Positions 54,679 through 63,639 of a DNA stretch of 64,000 nucleotides are shown in pieces. The notes under the pieces were generated by a model that ran no database searches, was not told the origin of the DNA, and worked only from the letters and a program-made list of their open reading frames with translations. The stretch spans positions 3,008,001 through 3,072,000 of the forward strand of contig CP181291.1 in assembly GCA_052279835.1 (NCBI GenBank), in the 5' to 3' direction. Position numbers and translations under genes: made by a program. The stretch is from Microcoleus sp. (lineage in GTDB: Bacteria; Cyanobacteriota; Cyanobacteriia; Cyanobacteriales; Microcoleaceae). Each line of letters opens with the position of its first letter. Within the stretch, counting starts at the first letter, position 1.

Positions 54679-55122
54679 ATGTTAACAAAATTTTCGCGAA
54701 AATCAACCCCCAGACACAGATTGAGCCGGTTTGTGACAAAAGAGGCGATCGCGCGGCTGCTGAAAATCAAGGTAGAACAAATATATCGCTTCGAGTGCTG
54801 GGCGCATATCCTGTACGTGCACGCCCGAGGGATGAGTCGGTTTGTCAGTTATGCCGACTTTGGGCCTGTTTTGGGAGTGGAATCGCCATCGGGTTTAGAT
54901 TTTGCTTATTGGAAGCGGCGGATGGCGAGTCTGAAGGAGAGATACGCGCCGGATTTTTGGGTGGATTTCTATGGGGATAAATTTCGGGAGGCTGTTTCTG
55001 TTGCTGAATTGTTGGAGTGGGGGGAGTTAGTTGGGGCGATCAAATTGATGTTAAGTGCGATCGATCTTAAGTCGCTGCGAAAGGTTTATGTGCAAGAGAA
55101 ATCTCTGCTGGAACATTTCTAA
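54679..55122 (+). CDS. Hypothetical protein divergent from the XRE array
   Basis: 147 aa; IYRFECWAHILYVHARGMSRFVSYADF; preceded by a hairpin-rich leader. Confidence 0.75.
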   Translation: MLTKFSRKSTPRHRLSRFVTKEAIARLLKIKVEQIYRFECWAHILYVHARGMSRFVSYADFGPVLGVESPSGLDFAYWKRRMASLKERYAPDFWVDFYGDKFREAVSVAELLEWGELVGAIKLMLSAIDLKSLRKVYVQEKSLLEHF

Positions 55123-55144
55123 ATTATGACTAAAACACGGGTGA

Positions 55145-55297
55145 TTAGAAACCGGGTTTTTTTGAGAAAATACGGCATCCCAGCCCTTAACTAAGTGAAA
55201 AACCCGGTTTCTTTGCTGTGGTTAGAAACCGGGTTTTTTTGAGAAAATACGGCATCCCAGCCTTTAACTAAGTGAAAAACCCGGTTTCTTTGCTGTG
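55145..55297. repeat. Tandem duplication (2 x 76 bp) of the AAACCGGGTTT..AAACCCGGTTTC repeat
   Basis: 55145-55220 and 55222-55297 differ at one base; family members at ~4882, 20746, 38519, 38920, 43662. Confidence 0.9.
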
Positions 55298-55452
55298 CGT
55301 AACTCCCATCAACTCCAGTCCCCTCCTGTAGGGGCGGTGGATGGTGCGTGCCCGCTAGGGCTCAGCCACAAATATTCAAAAAATTGGTTCAAGCTCGACA
55401 GCAACACTTATAATCTCTCCATGTGCTTCCCTCTCTACCCCTCGTTAAGCCC

Positions 55453-57069
55453 ATGAGTAACCTTTCAAACATCCCAGGCGGTGGCGAACCACCCGATCGC
55501 TATCGGAATGTAGGAGAACAAATCCAAGCATTCTTCGATTTTGCCGAAAACAATCCCGATCGCGCTGTTCCTTTTTTCGTCAACATCTGGGAAACTCAAG
55601 CATCCCTAACCAAGCGGGCTTTAGCGCTACAAGGCTTAGGCGTGGCTGCAAAACACTATCACGTTAAAGAGGCTCTAGCAGACTGGGATGTGCTCAGAGA
55701 TATCGCGAAGGAAGTCAAGGGAAAAGGGGAAGTTAGCAACGATTTGACTCGGTGGGCTGCGGCTTCGGCGTTGGAGGCGATCGGATATTCTCGACAGAGT
55801 TTAGAAAATTTACAAGGGGGCGGTTTCACTGAACCTCTGGATCGCATTCGTAGGGAAATTCGCGATCGTAAATTAGCAGAAATTAATAAAATTAAGCGCC
55901 TAAATAGTAGAGGGGAAACAACCGCAGAATATGAAAGGCATTTAGAATTTTGGCTGTACGGGCCGGTTGATGAGTTATTGAATGATAATAGCTCTTGGTG
56001 GGGCGTTTTTGGGGAGTTGGTAAAAGATGTCATTTGCCAATTACACGGGCGAGGGGTGTATTTGGGATTGATGTCACCTAATAAAAATGTACAGGAGGTA
56101 GCGCTAGGCCAAGCTGGGTTGATATTTAAAGAATCTGTTAACATTGAAAATTTTATTTATAGGATTTTGGAAGGCTTTTTGCTCGATAGTAGCCAGGAAA
56201 TGCGTTTGAAAATAAAAGCGGCGGAGATTATTAGCAATGCGAGTGATTTAAAAAAACTTACAACCTTGAGCAAGTTGTTACTGGAAGAGACACAGTTGCG
56301 AAATACAGCAGTTAGGCTTTTAACTCCTTATAAACAAGAGTTAGCGAGAGTTGAATCCGATGCTTATAGGGTATTGGAGGCACTCAATTTTGAGTATAGT
56401 TTAGATAAACCTGAACCAAAATCTTTAAGGATTCCAGAGATAGAGAATCGGATTTCATCAGCAAATCAGTTACAGAGTCAGATTACACAAAAATTTGCAT
56501 CCGCTATAGCAGCAGCAGAAGCCTTAGCAAGCAAATATAGGCGCTCAGCATTAGTGGTGCAATTTTTACAAAACCAGGAATTTGAGATAGAAGATTGGAT
56601 TCAGAAACTTAATAATCAAAAGTCTCAAACAGCCACCGAGCAAGATAAGATTGAATCAAATCAGTTGCTTTTAAAGGGATTAAAAGGCTATGGCTTGAAA
56701 TCGAAAAAATATTTAGCGCAATTATATCGCTGTAAAGAATTAACAACGACAGATCATAGAAACTTCAATTATGAGCAATGTAAAAAACGATTATCCGACT
56801 TAAATAGTTTCAAAAACGAGATAATATCTCGCCTCAATGAAGAAGAAAAAAAAGTATCGGAAGCTACCGATTGGCTAAGTATTCTGATGGCGGGATGTTT
56901 AACATATAATCTTTTAAGCTTTATTCATCTGGAATCATTAGTATTCTTGTTAGTATGTTTTTGGTCTTTCTCCTTCTTCTTCGTAATTTTTAGGTCTATC
57001 TTCATGTCTATCAAAGAAAAGGAAATAAGACGGATCGTGAGGAGATTGAACGAACAATGGAGAGCATAA
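55453..57069 (+). CDS. Hypothetical protein: HEAT-like N-terminus, coiled coil, two C-terminal TM helices
   Basis: TKRALALQGLG, TRWAAASALEAIG; Q/E/K-rich heptads; hydrophobic WLSILMAGCL.. and LVFLLVCFWSFSFFFVIF; overlaps next gene by 13 nt. Confidence 0.75.
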   Translation: MSNLSNIPGGGEPPDRYRNVGEQIQAFFDFAENNPDRAVPFFVNIWETQASLTKRALALQGLGVAAKHYHVKEALADWDVLRDIAKEVKGKGEVSNDLTRWAAASALEAIGYSRQSLENLQGGGFTEPLDRIRREIRDRKLAEINKIKRLNSRGETTAEYERHLEFWLYGPVDELLNDNSSWWGVFGELVKDVICQLHGRGVYLGLMSPNKNVQEVALGQAGLIFKESVNIENFIYRILEGFLLDSSQEMRLKIKAAEIISNASDLKKLTTLSKLLLEETQLRNTAVRLLTPYKQELARVESDAYRVLEALNFEYSLDKPEPKSLRIPEIENRISSANQLQSQITQKFASAIAAAEALASKYRRSALVVQFLQNQEFEIEDWIQKLNNQKSQTATEQDKIESNQLLLKGLKGYGLKSKKYLAQLYRCKELTTTDHRNFNYEQCKKRLSDLNSFKNEIISRLNEEEKKVSEATDWLSILMAGCLTYNLLSFIHLESLVFLLVCFWSFSFFFVIFRSIFMSIKEKEIRRIVRRLNEQWRA

Positions 57070-59153
57070 AAAAAGCATCATATTTTCTAAGTTTTGAACT
57101 TTACCCTCAACGGAATCATCAGCAAACCCGCCAAACTGAACTCCGTAAAAACCTCCTGCAAACCCAACAACAGCTAATAACCTCAATTAGCCGCCTCGAT
57201 ACCAACCTAACAATTTCCCTCCGCTACATCTACGATCCCAATCAATCCCCCAAACTCAAAACCTACCTCCTAATCAATCACCCCCACAACACCCACACCG
57301 CAGAAGATTCCGAACAAATCCTCAGCCTCCTCACCAAAGGCAAATTAAGCCAATTCTTCACCCTCACCCCTCAACCAAACCTTACCCCATTCCAAAACTT
57401 AGGCTGGGTGCAAACAATTGGCGAAATTCTCAAACATGAAGAATTCATCGCACCCCAAAATTACTACCTACCTCACCTCTTCGAGGCAAATCAAAGCAAT
57501 GATATGTCAGCAGTCTGCGATGTCATCCACCGCTTAGACAGCAAACTCATTTTAGAAATCACCCTGAAAACCTATGACAACCCCACTCAAAAATCATTGT
57601 GGGTAAACGCCATCAACCAAATGCTCGCTCAATTGGAGAAAGTCAACGCCAACACCAGCGGAATCAAAGACAACATTCTCTCAGTGACATCAGCACTCTA
57701 CCAAAAATACCAACAGTCCTATCCCAACAGCGACCTATTCCAATATAGCATCAAAGCCTTAGCCGAAAATCGTGCCGATGCTTTTCCCGTCCTCGACACC
57801 CTCATCCATGAAGCCATCAAAGAAACACCTCACGGGAAACGATGCCGAATCATCCAAGTCAGCAAAAATCAACCAGGTTTTTCCGAAAGCTTGGAAGCCA
57901 CAAAAAACGTAAATATTTCCAGTGCGATTGAATGGGAAGGCTGGCATAAAAACAACAGTGAAATATCAATTGCCAATGCAATTCAGCCAGAAAAAAAAGG
58001 ATTAGGAAAATTCGGCGGCGATTCTGGGAGTCTTCCCGACAAACCATCATTTAACCATCAAAATCAACCACCAATGATAGGCGGTGTCAATTCAGAGCAA
58101 AATCAAAATCTACCGCAGTTATATAATGCTGTTTCAGATGGTTCTGGTTTAGCGAAGTCTTCATCAAGTCCCGCACCTTCTCGGATAGTTGATTTAAAGC
58201 CATTGCATCGGCTGGCGACGGCTCAAGAAATTAGCGGCTTTTTCCGCATTGGTATTCCCAAAGAAATCTCTAAAGAAATCCCTATTGAAAGTATGACAGA
58301 AAAATCATTGCCCGTGGCGAATTCTGAAGACTTATTCAATTATTACAAAAGTCTTCTCGAACAAGATTATGAGACTTACCGAGATTGCTACATTGTAGGC
58401 ATTAATGATGAGGGAAATCCCGTAGAATCAAGCTGGGCAGAAACTCCTCATCGCTTAGTTGCTGGCGTACCAGGTGCGGGGAAAACTAACTTTCTGAATT
58501 GGGTAATTTTCCAGTTTCTCTATGCTAATCCCACCGGAAAAATTTATATTGCCGATTTTGCTGGAGTTGACTTTAACTTTTTGGCAAAGCACTTCAAGGA
58601 TAACGTTGAAATTATCACAACCGTAGAAGAATGTCAAAAATTAGTTGAAAAAATTCATACTGAGGAGTATCAAAGACGAATTGAGTTAATGAAAGAAGCT
58701 GAAGTCCAAAATATTCAACAGTTAAGAGAAGAGGGCGTTGAGATTCAGCGCACGCTTTGGATTATTGATGAAGCAGCAGATATAGCACTTGCACCCAGCA
58801 AATTAAAAGAAACGATTCAGACGAGATTAATTGAGTATGCGCGTAAGGGGCGTAAATGCGGTCTTCACGTCATTTATTGCACTCAAAGACCATCAACTAC
58901 CATAATTACACCACAGGTGCTTGAGTCCTGCGAAGAAAAAATAGTTTTCCGAGTAAGTTTAGTGGCAAGTGAAGCTATTATAGAAAGTAGCCAAGCTGCT
59001 AAAATCTCCAAGGAATCTCGCGGCAGGGCTGTTTTAATGCTAGTTGGAGGTGATGACAATGATTATATAAACACTCCCTATATTCAAGTTCCTGTGGGCA
59101 AGAAAGTCTTAGTAGAAGATACGCTATGGCGTTATCTGGCTACTAAACTGTAA
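57057..59153 (+). CDS. FtsK/SpoIIIE-family ATPase with ~400-aa unassigned N-terminal region
   Basis: PHRLVAGVPGAGKT, LWIIDEAAD, ARKGRKCGLHVIYCTQRP, RGRA. Confidence 0.88.
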   Translation: MESIKKASYFLSFELYPQRNHQQTRQTELRKNLLQTQQQLITSISRLDTNLTISLRYIYDPNQSPKLKTYLLINHPHNTHTAEDSEQILSLLTKGKLSQFFTLTPQPNLTPFQNLGWVQTIGEILKHEEFIAPQNYYLPHLFEANQSNDMSAVCDVIHRLDSKLILEITLKTYDNPTQKSLWVNAINQMLAQLEKVNANTSGIKDNILSVTSALYQKYQQSYPNSDLFQYSIKALAENRADAFPVLDTLIHEAIKETPHGKRCRIIQVSKNQPGFSESLEATKNVNISSAIEWEGWHKNNSEISIANAIQPEKKGLGKFGGDSGSLPDKPSFNHQNQPPMIGGVNSEQNQNLPQLYNAVSDGSGLAKSSSSPAPSRIVDLKPLHRLATAQEISGFFRIGIPKEISKEIPIESMTEKSLPVANSEDLFNYYKSLLEQDYETYRDCYIVGINDEGNPVESSWAETPHRLVAGVPGAGKTNFLNWVIFQFLYANPTGKIYIADFAGVDFNFLAKHFKDNVEIITTVEECQKLVEKIHTEEYQRRIELMKEAEVQNIQQLREEGVEIQRTLWIIDEAADIALAPSKLKETIQTRLIEYARKGRKCGLHVIYCTQRPSTTIITPQVLESCEEKIVFRVSLVASEAIIESSQAAKISKESRGRAVLMLVGGDDNDYINTPYIQVPVGKKVLVEDTLWRYLATKL

Positions 59154-59189
59154 AATGTTTTTATCTATTCCTTAGATGGAGGTATCTAA

Positions 59190-59408
59190 ATGACTGTCAA
59201 AGCTGAAATTGAAGAATTCCAATCCATGATTAACAGAATAGTTGAGTCTCTGGAAGATGTGAGTAGCTCATCAGCAACTATTGGTGAGACGGGAACGGAT
59301 GAATTAAGCAACAAATTATCAAGTTTAATGGATGGCACTGAGGAGGTATCTAGCGAACTCATAACAGCCATAGAAATGCTTGAAGGAATTAAATCCCGTT
59401 GGGGTTAA
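59190..59408 (+). CDS. 72-aa acidic helical protein ending SRWG (WXG100-like carrier candidate)
   Basis: GGAGG RBS; amphipathic heptads around a central GETGT turn; paralogous to the N-terminus of the next gene. Confidence 0.75.
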   Translation: MTVKAEIEEFQSMINRIVESLEDVSSSSATIGETGTDELSNKLSSLMDGTEEVSSELITAIEMLEGIKSRWG

Positions 59409-59418
59409 GGAGTAAAAT

Positions 59419-60264
59419 ATGGCACTCAGAGATGACATCGAACAATGGCGGACTAAAGTCGCCCAACTACTAGAAGCGATGGATGAAGTTCGTGCTTGCG
59501 CCGATCGACTTTCTGAGTGTCCTGCTTCTGAGTTAGGCTGGAAGTTTTCGACGCTGCTAGAAATGTGTGAGGAAAGCTTAAGTCAAGTTGAACGTTTGAG
59601 AGAGGAATTGGCAGAGATCCAAAGTCGGTGGGGTTTTGGTAATGTTAGAAGGTTGCCAGTAAAAACTATAGCAGGCTGGGATAAATGGCAACGGGGTTTA
59701 CAAGACAAGCTGCCTCGCAAAGAAAACTATAGTAAAGACCTCAAAACTCTCTTAAATACTTGGAAAGGAGATAACTGGGGATTTTTTGTAGAGCAACAGT
59801 TATCTTTTGAACAGTGGCACTTGGAAGGTAAAATATGGGCTAAAGAAGATATTGATAGTCCCTACTTGCCAAGCGTCATCACTCGACCAAAAGATCCAAG
59901 GACAGAAGCAGAAAAAGAGTGCGATCGACAGATGTTAAAAGTTACCAATGTTGAAGGCTCTAAGGTTCAGTATGATGCTGTCATAAAAAAAGATCGCCTC
60001 GATCCATCTTTAGCAAAAGAAGTTGCAGAGTTTAAGCTACGCGAAACATCCACAAGAATCAATCAAGCTAAAATTCAAGCTGAAGATTTAGCTGTTGAAT
60101 CAGCTAAGCAGGGAAAGCCTAGCCGAATTGCCTATTATTTTTACGAAAAGCCATCAGACAAGGAGATTAATAAACTTTTGGGAATATATAAAATGGCTTC
60201 TGAAAAACATCATGGCGCTAGCGTAGAGGTTCAATTTCTATTTGCGGAAGATGGAGATAGATAG
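59419..60264 (+). CDS. Putative polymorphic toxin: helical N-terminal domain + PD-(D/E)xK/REase-like C-terminus
   Basis: AAGGAG RBS; residues 1-72 align with the upstream 72-aa protein; VQYDAV..AEFK..QAKIQ..RIAYYFYE. Confidence 0.65.
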   Translation: MALRDDIEQWRTKVAQLLEAMDEVRACADRLSECPASELGWKFSTLLEMCEESLSQVERLREELAEIQSRWGFGNVRRLPVKTIAGWDKWQRGLQDKLPRKENYSKDLKTLLNTWKGDNWGFFVEQQLSFEQWHLEGKIWAKEDIDSPYLPSVITRPKDPRTEAEKECDRQMLKVTNVEGSKVQYDAVIKKDRLDPSLAKEVAEFKLRETSTRINQAKIQAEDLAVESAKQGKPSRIAYYFYEKPSDKEINKLLGIYKMASEKHHGASVEVQFLFAEDGDR

Positions 60265-60268
60265 ACTC

Positions 60269-60535
60269 ATGTTTGACTATAAACTTGTAGAAAGTAAACT
60301 CAATGAAGTCATTAACATCCTCAAACCACAACTTTCAGATACTCAAATAGAATTTTTGGTTTCAGACATTCAGGCTGGCGAGTGGAATTTGGCGTTAGAG
60401 ACTTTGTGCGATATTCTCATTGAAGAAGAAATTCCCATAGATTTAAAGGCTTATGAGCTCTTGCAAGAAGTCGGCAATATCTTGAACATGGAACGGGAAA
60501 CTTGGGAGATGCTAAAAGTCCAAGTAGCTCCTTAA
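60269..60535 (+). CDS. MafI-like immunity protein
   Basis: 88 aa, acidic; AGEWNLALETLCDILIEEEIPI resembles MafI-family immunity proteins; starts 4 nt after the toxin stop. Confidence 0.7.
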   Translation: MFDYKLVESKLNEVINILKPQLSDTQIEFLVSDIQAGEWNLALETLCDILIEEEIPIDLKAYELLQEVGNILNMERETWEMLKVQVAP

Positions 60536-60611
60536 ACTTAGCTTTCGGTGCGGGAGAGACTATCGAATATGTTAGACTTATGTCTAGAGAAGAGAAAGGG
60601 AGTCAAATAAA

Positions 60612-61109
60612 ATGACAACTATCCAATCAATGACAACTGCAATAACATCCCTTTATGAACAGGATTTTTATCTGTGGTTACAGACAACTATCAACTTATT
60701 AAAAGAGGGAAAGTTTTCTGAAATAGATTTAGAGAACTTACTAGAGGAACTGGAAAGCATGGGGAAAAGCGATAAAAATGCTTTAAAAAGTAATTTGAGG
60801 GTACTTTTAATGCACTTACTTAAGTATAAATATCAGCCGGAAAAACGAACAAATAGTTGGCATTACACCATTATAGAACATCGGATACGCCTCGGAGATA
60901 CCTTCAAAACCAGTCCGAGTTTATATCGTTTTTTTGAAGATATTTTTAATGAATCTTATCAAAATGCTAGGAAACTAGCCGCAGGTGAAACTGGCTTATC
61001 TATTGCGACATTTCCCCCAGAGTCTCCATTTACTGGAGAAGAAGTTCTTAATCCTGATTTTTTACCGCCTGAGTGCGATCAGTCTGAAAATCCTGAAAAT
61101 ATTGAATAA
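60612..61109 (+). CDS. DUF29 family protein
   Basis: LYEQDFYLW..IDLENLLEELESMG..LLMHLLKYKYQP..SW..TI.EHR..SPSL. Confidence 0.92.
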   Translation: MTTIQSMTTAITSLYEQDFYLWLQTTINLLKEGKFSEIDLENLLEELESMGKSDKNALKSNLRVLLMHLLKYKYQPEKRTNSWHYTIIEHRIRLGDTFKTSPSLYRFFEDIFNESYQNARKLAAGETGLSIATFPPESPFTGEEVLNPDFLPPECDQSENPENIE

Positions 61110-61150
61110 TTGAATCATAATAGTATCAACGAATATGCAAAAGCGAGGAA

Positions 61151-61696
61151 ATGACTATGGTCACTGCTACTGCTGTACAGGATAATTTTACTTTAGAAGA
61201 GTTCACGGTCGCTCCACCCGATAACATGGAATTGGTAGACGGCCAACTTGTGGAGAAAAATGGCATGACAATCAAGACGGGGAAAATTCAGTTAAGCCTG
61301 GGGGAGGCTTGGAAAAATTACAAAGATTCTAGCGGACAAGGTGGAGAGGCTTATGTCGAGGTTCCTTGCCGCACCAACCGACAAATTCGCCGTCCCGATG
61401 TCGCCTATCTCACACCAGAATTAGTTGCACAATTTGGTAATCTTGCCACTTTACCCCAAAGTTTTCCCCTAATTGCCGAAATAGTTTCACCCACCGATAT
61501 TGCTGAAGATGTCTTTCTCAAAGCACAAGAATATTTAGAATCTAGCTGTCAGGAAGTCTGGTTAGTTTTTCCCGAAAGTCGTTTAATATTCGTGATGACT
61601 CAAAATCAAATATTGACATTTATATCCGGTGATATCGCCAGCACTCAACAAATCCTGCTCGGTTTTAGCATTGAGGTCGATCGATTGCTAGCTTAA
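61151..61696 (+). CDS. Uma2 family endonuclease-like protein
   Basis: ELVDGQLVE, RRPDVAY, LIAEIVSPTD, EYLESSCQEVWLVFPE. Confidence 0.9.
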   Translation: MTMVTATAVQDNFTLEEFTVAPPDNMELVDGQLVEKNGMTIKTGKIQLSLGEAWKNYKDSSGQGGEAYVEVPCRTNRQIRRPDVAYLTPELVAQFGNLATLPQSFPLIAEIVSPTDIAEDVFLKAQEYLESSCQEVWLVFPESRLIFVMTQNQILTFISGDIASTQQILLGFSIEVDRLLA

Positions 61697-61879
61697 ACAT
61701 CAAACTAAATTGCTACAATATCTTTAAGACTCCTCAGTCCGCGAAGGCGGACTTCGTTTGTGTATAGCAATCCTAAATCATTTGCATAATTCTTGTAGGG
61801 GCTCTTGGCCCCGTGGTTGCCCGATAGATAGGGGGTAGGCACGGGGGCACTACCCCTACAAATTTACCTGAATCATTTA

Positions 61880-63562
61880 CTGGAGTTTAGACTAAACAGC
61901 TATTAAAGGGCGATCGTCACCGCACTCAAAAACGGCAACGGTCGCTGGCGACAGGTTATGAAGCTCGATCGTAAGATAGAAATCCAGCGACCGTTGACGT
62001 TTTCTTTAAGGGCGCAAACTTGATGAGGGAAGAAACACGCGCCAGGAGCGACCTAATTTCTTGACGGGAGTTGAGACTAAAAAAGAGAGAACGGTGGCTT
62101 TGAGCAAAGCTAAAGCCACCGCGCCGGGAGAGAATGAGGGTGAAAAAGAAAACCTATCCACTCCCTGAATGAACAGTGAACGATTAAAGAACTTTCGTCA
62201 AGCAGCATACGAGTTATTGGTGCGAGCGAAAGATGCCACTTTCGAGCTGATGGATGCAGTGATGACCACCAGAAATGCGTCATGTTTAGCGGAATTTTCA
62301 CTCAGCCCATTATTCAATCGTCAATGGCCAAGTATTTACGAAGCATTACAAGACAGTAGGCCAGACCGAAAAAAACTGATGGAGTTGTACCGAAAGCAAT
62401 TAGAACAGCAAGTACCCCCAACAGAACATATATTAGTCGCGATCGACCACACTGCATGGGCCAGAGCAGAAGCCAAAACATTACAAGACAGAACCCATGA
62501 ATATCAGAGGGGTGTAATTATTGGACAGGGGTACAGTACCATTGCCTGGATACCTGAAGCTCAAGGAAGTTGGGCATTACCCCTACTTCATGAAAGAATC
62601 AGTAGTGGGTCTTCACCCATACTTCAAGCAGCTTCCCAACTCAAACTTGTTTGCGAACAAAGCCTCAATCCAGTCTTAGCAGTTTTAGATCGAGAATATG
62701 GCAATGCAAATTGGGTACTGGCGCAAGCAGACATTCAAGCTGATTGCTTAATGCGAGTCCGAAAGAATGCCTGTTTGTGGTCAGCACCACCAACCTATAG
62801 TGGTCGCGGTAGACCACGTAAGCACGGGCCAAAAATGAGGCTGAATGACCCAACTACATGGCTCCAAGCGGATGCTGCGATCTTCATTGACGAACATCCA
62901 CAGTTGGGACAAGTCCGAGTCAGACAATGGCTTGACCTACATTTCTATCGTGCCGCTGGACAAAAAGTCAATTTAATCCTGGTCGAAAGAATGAAGCCCA
63001 TGTCAAACGGTCAGCCATTTCCACCTTTATGGTTGGTTTGGGTAGGAGAACGAACTCTACCCTTAGAAACTGTTTGGTTTAAGTATTTACGACGTTTTGG
63101 GGTGGATCATTGGTATCGGTTTGCTAAGCAACGATTGCATTGGACATTGCCTAACTTGAGAACTCCTGAACAATGTGAACGTTGGAGTGATTTAATGCCA
63201 TTGATGAGTTGGCAACTCTGGCTGGCTAGGGACTTAGTTCTCGAGCATCGACTGCCTTGGCAATCTGCTAAGATCGATTTAACTCCTGGACGTGTTGCCC
63301 AGTCAATGTTATCAGTTTTAGTTGACATTGGTACTCCTACCAAACTACCAAAACAGAGGGGAAAATCCCCCGGTTGGGAAACAGGAAAGGTACGTACTAA
63401 GGCACCGTGCTATCCCACTGTCAAAAAACGGGTTTCTCGACGCAAAAAATCTTCAAGATTAGCTATTTAATCTGCTCTCTCTTGAGCTTTTGAGTAACAG
63501 CTTGCCGGATCTTCTTTCGGCCGCTACTTTTAGATGCGATCGTTTTTTAGTCTAAACTCCAG
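61880..63562 (+). mobile_element. Insertion sequence (IS701/IS4-like DDE transposase)
   Basis: 17-bp IRs CTGGAGTTTAGACTAAA / TTTAGTCTAAACTCCAG; 7-bp duplication TCATTTA at 61873-79 and 63563-69. Confidence 0.92.
62169..63470 (+). CDS. Transposase
   Basis: AIDHT, VLDREYG, GRGRPRKHG, YLRRFGVDHWYRFAKQRLHW, RGKSPG. Confidence 0.92.
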   Translation: MNSERLKNFRQAAYELLVRAKDATFELMDAVMTTRNASCLAEFSLSPLFNRQWPSIYEALQDSRPDRKKLMELYRKQLEQQVPPTEHILVAIDHTAWARAEAKTLQDRTHEYQRGVIIGQGYSTIAWIPEAQGSWALPLLHERISSGSSPILQAASQLKLVCEQSLNPVLAVLDREYGNANWVLAQADIQADCLMRVRKNACLWSAPPTYSGRGRPRKHGPKMRLNDPTTWLQADAAIFIDEHPQLGQVRVRQWLDLHFYRAAGQKVNLILVERMKPMSNGQPFPPLWLVWVGERTLPLETVWFKYLRRFGVDHWYRFAKQRLHWTLPNLRTPEQCERWSDLMPLMSWQLWLARDLVLEHRLPWQSAKIDLTPGRVAQSMLSVLVDIGTPTKLPKQRGKSPGWETGKVRTKAPCYPTVKKRVSRRKKSSRLAI

Positions 63563-63639
63563 TCATTTAGGATTGCTATATCCCCGAATTCTATTCGGTG
63601 CTATTTAATTCTTAATATCCCACCATTCTAGAAACCGCC

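Larger units (their letters stand above)
61765..63578. mobile_element. TA-flanked MITE whose right IR is interrupted by an IS
   Basis: Left end TAGCAATCCTAAATCATT; right end AA[TCATTTA]GGATTGCTA; TA at 61763-64 and 63579-80. Confidence 0.8.

Noticed and set aside
55145..55297. Possible CRISPR or att site next to the toxin operon
   Set aside because: Simple tandem duplication of a dispersed repeat that is common in this window
57057..59153. Chromosome-segregation FtsK
   Set aside because: No N-terminal TM region or C-terminal gamma domain recognised; accessory operon context
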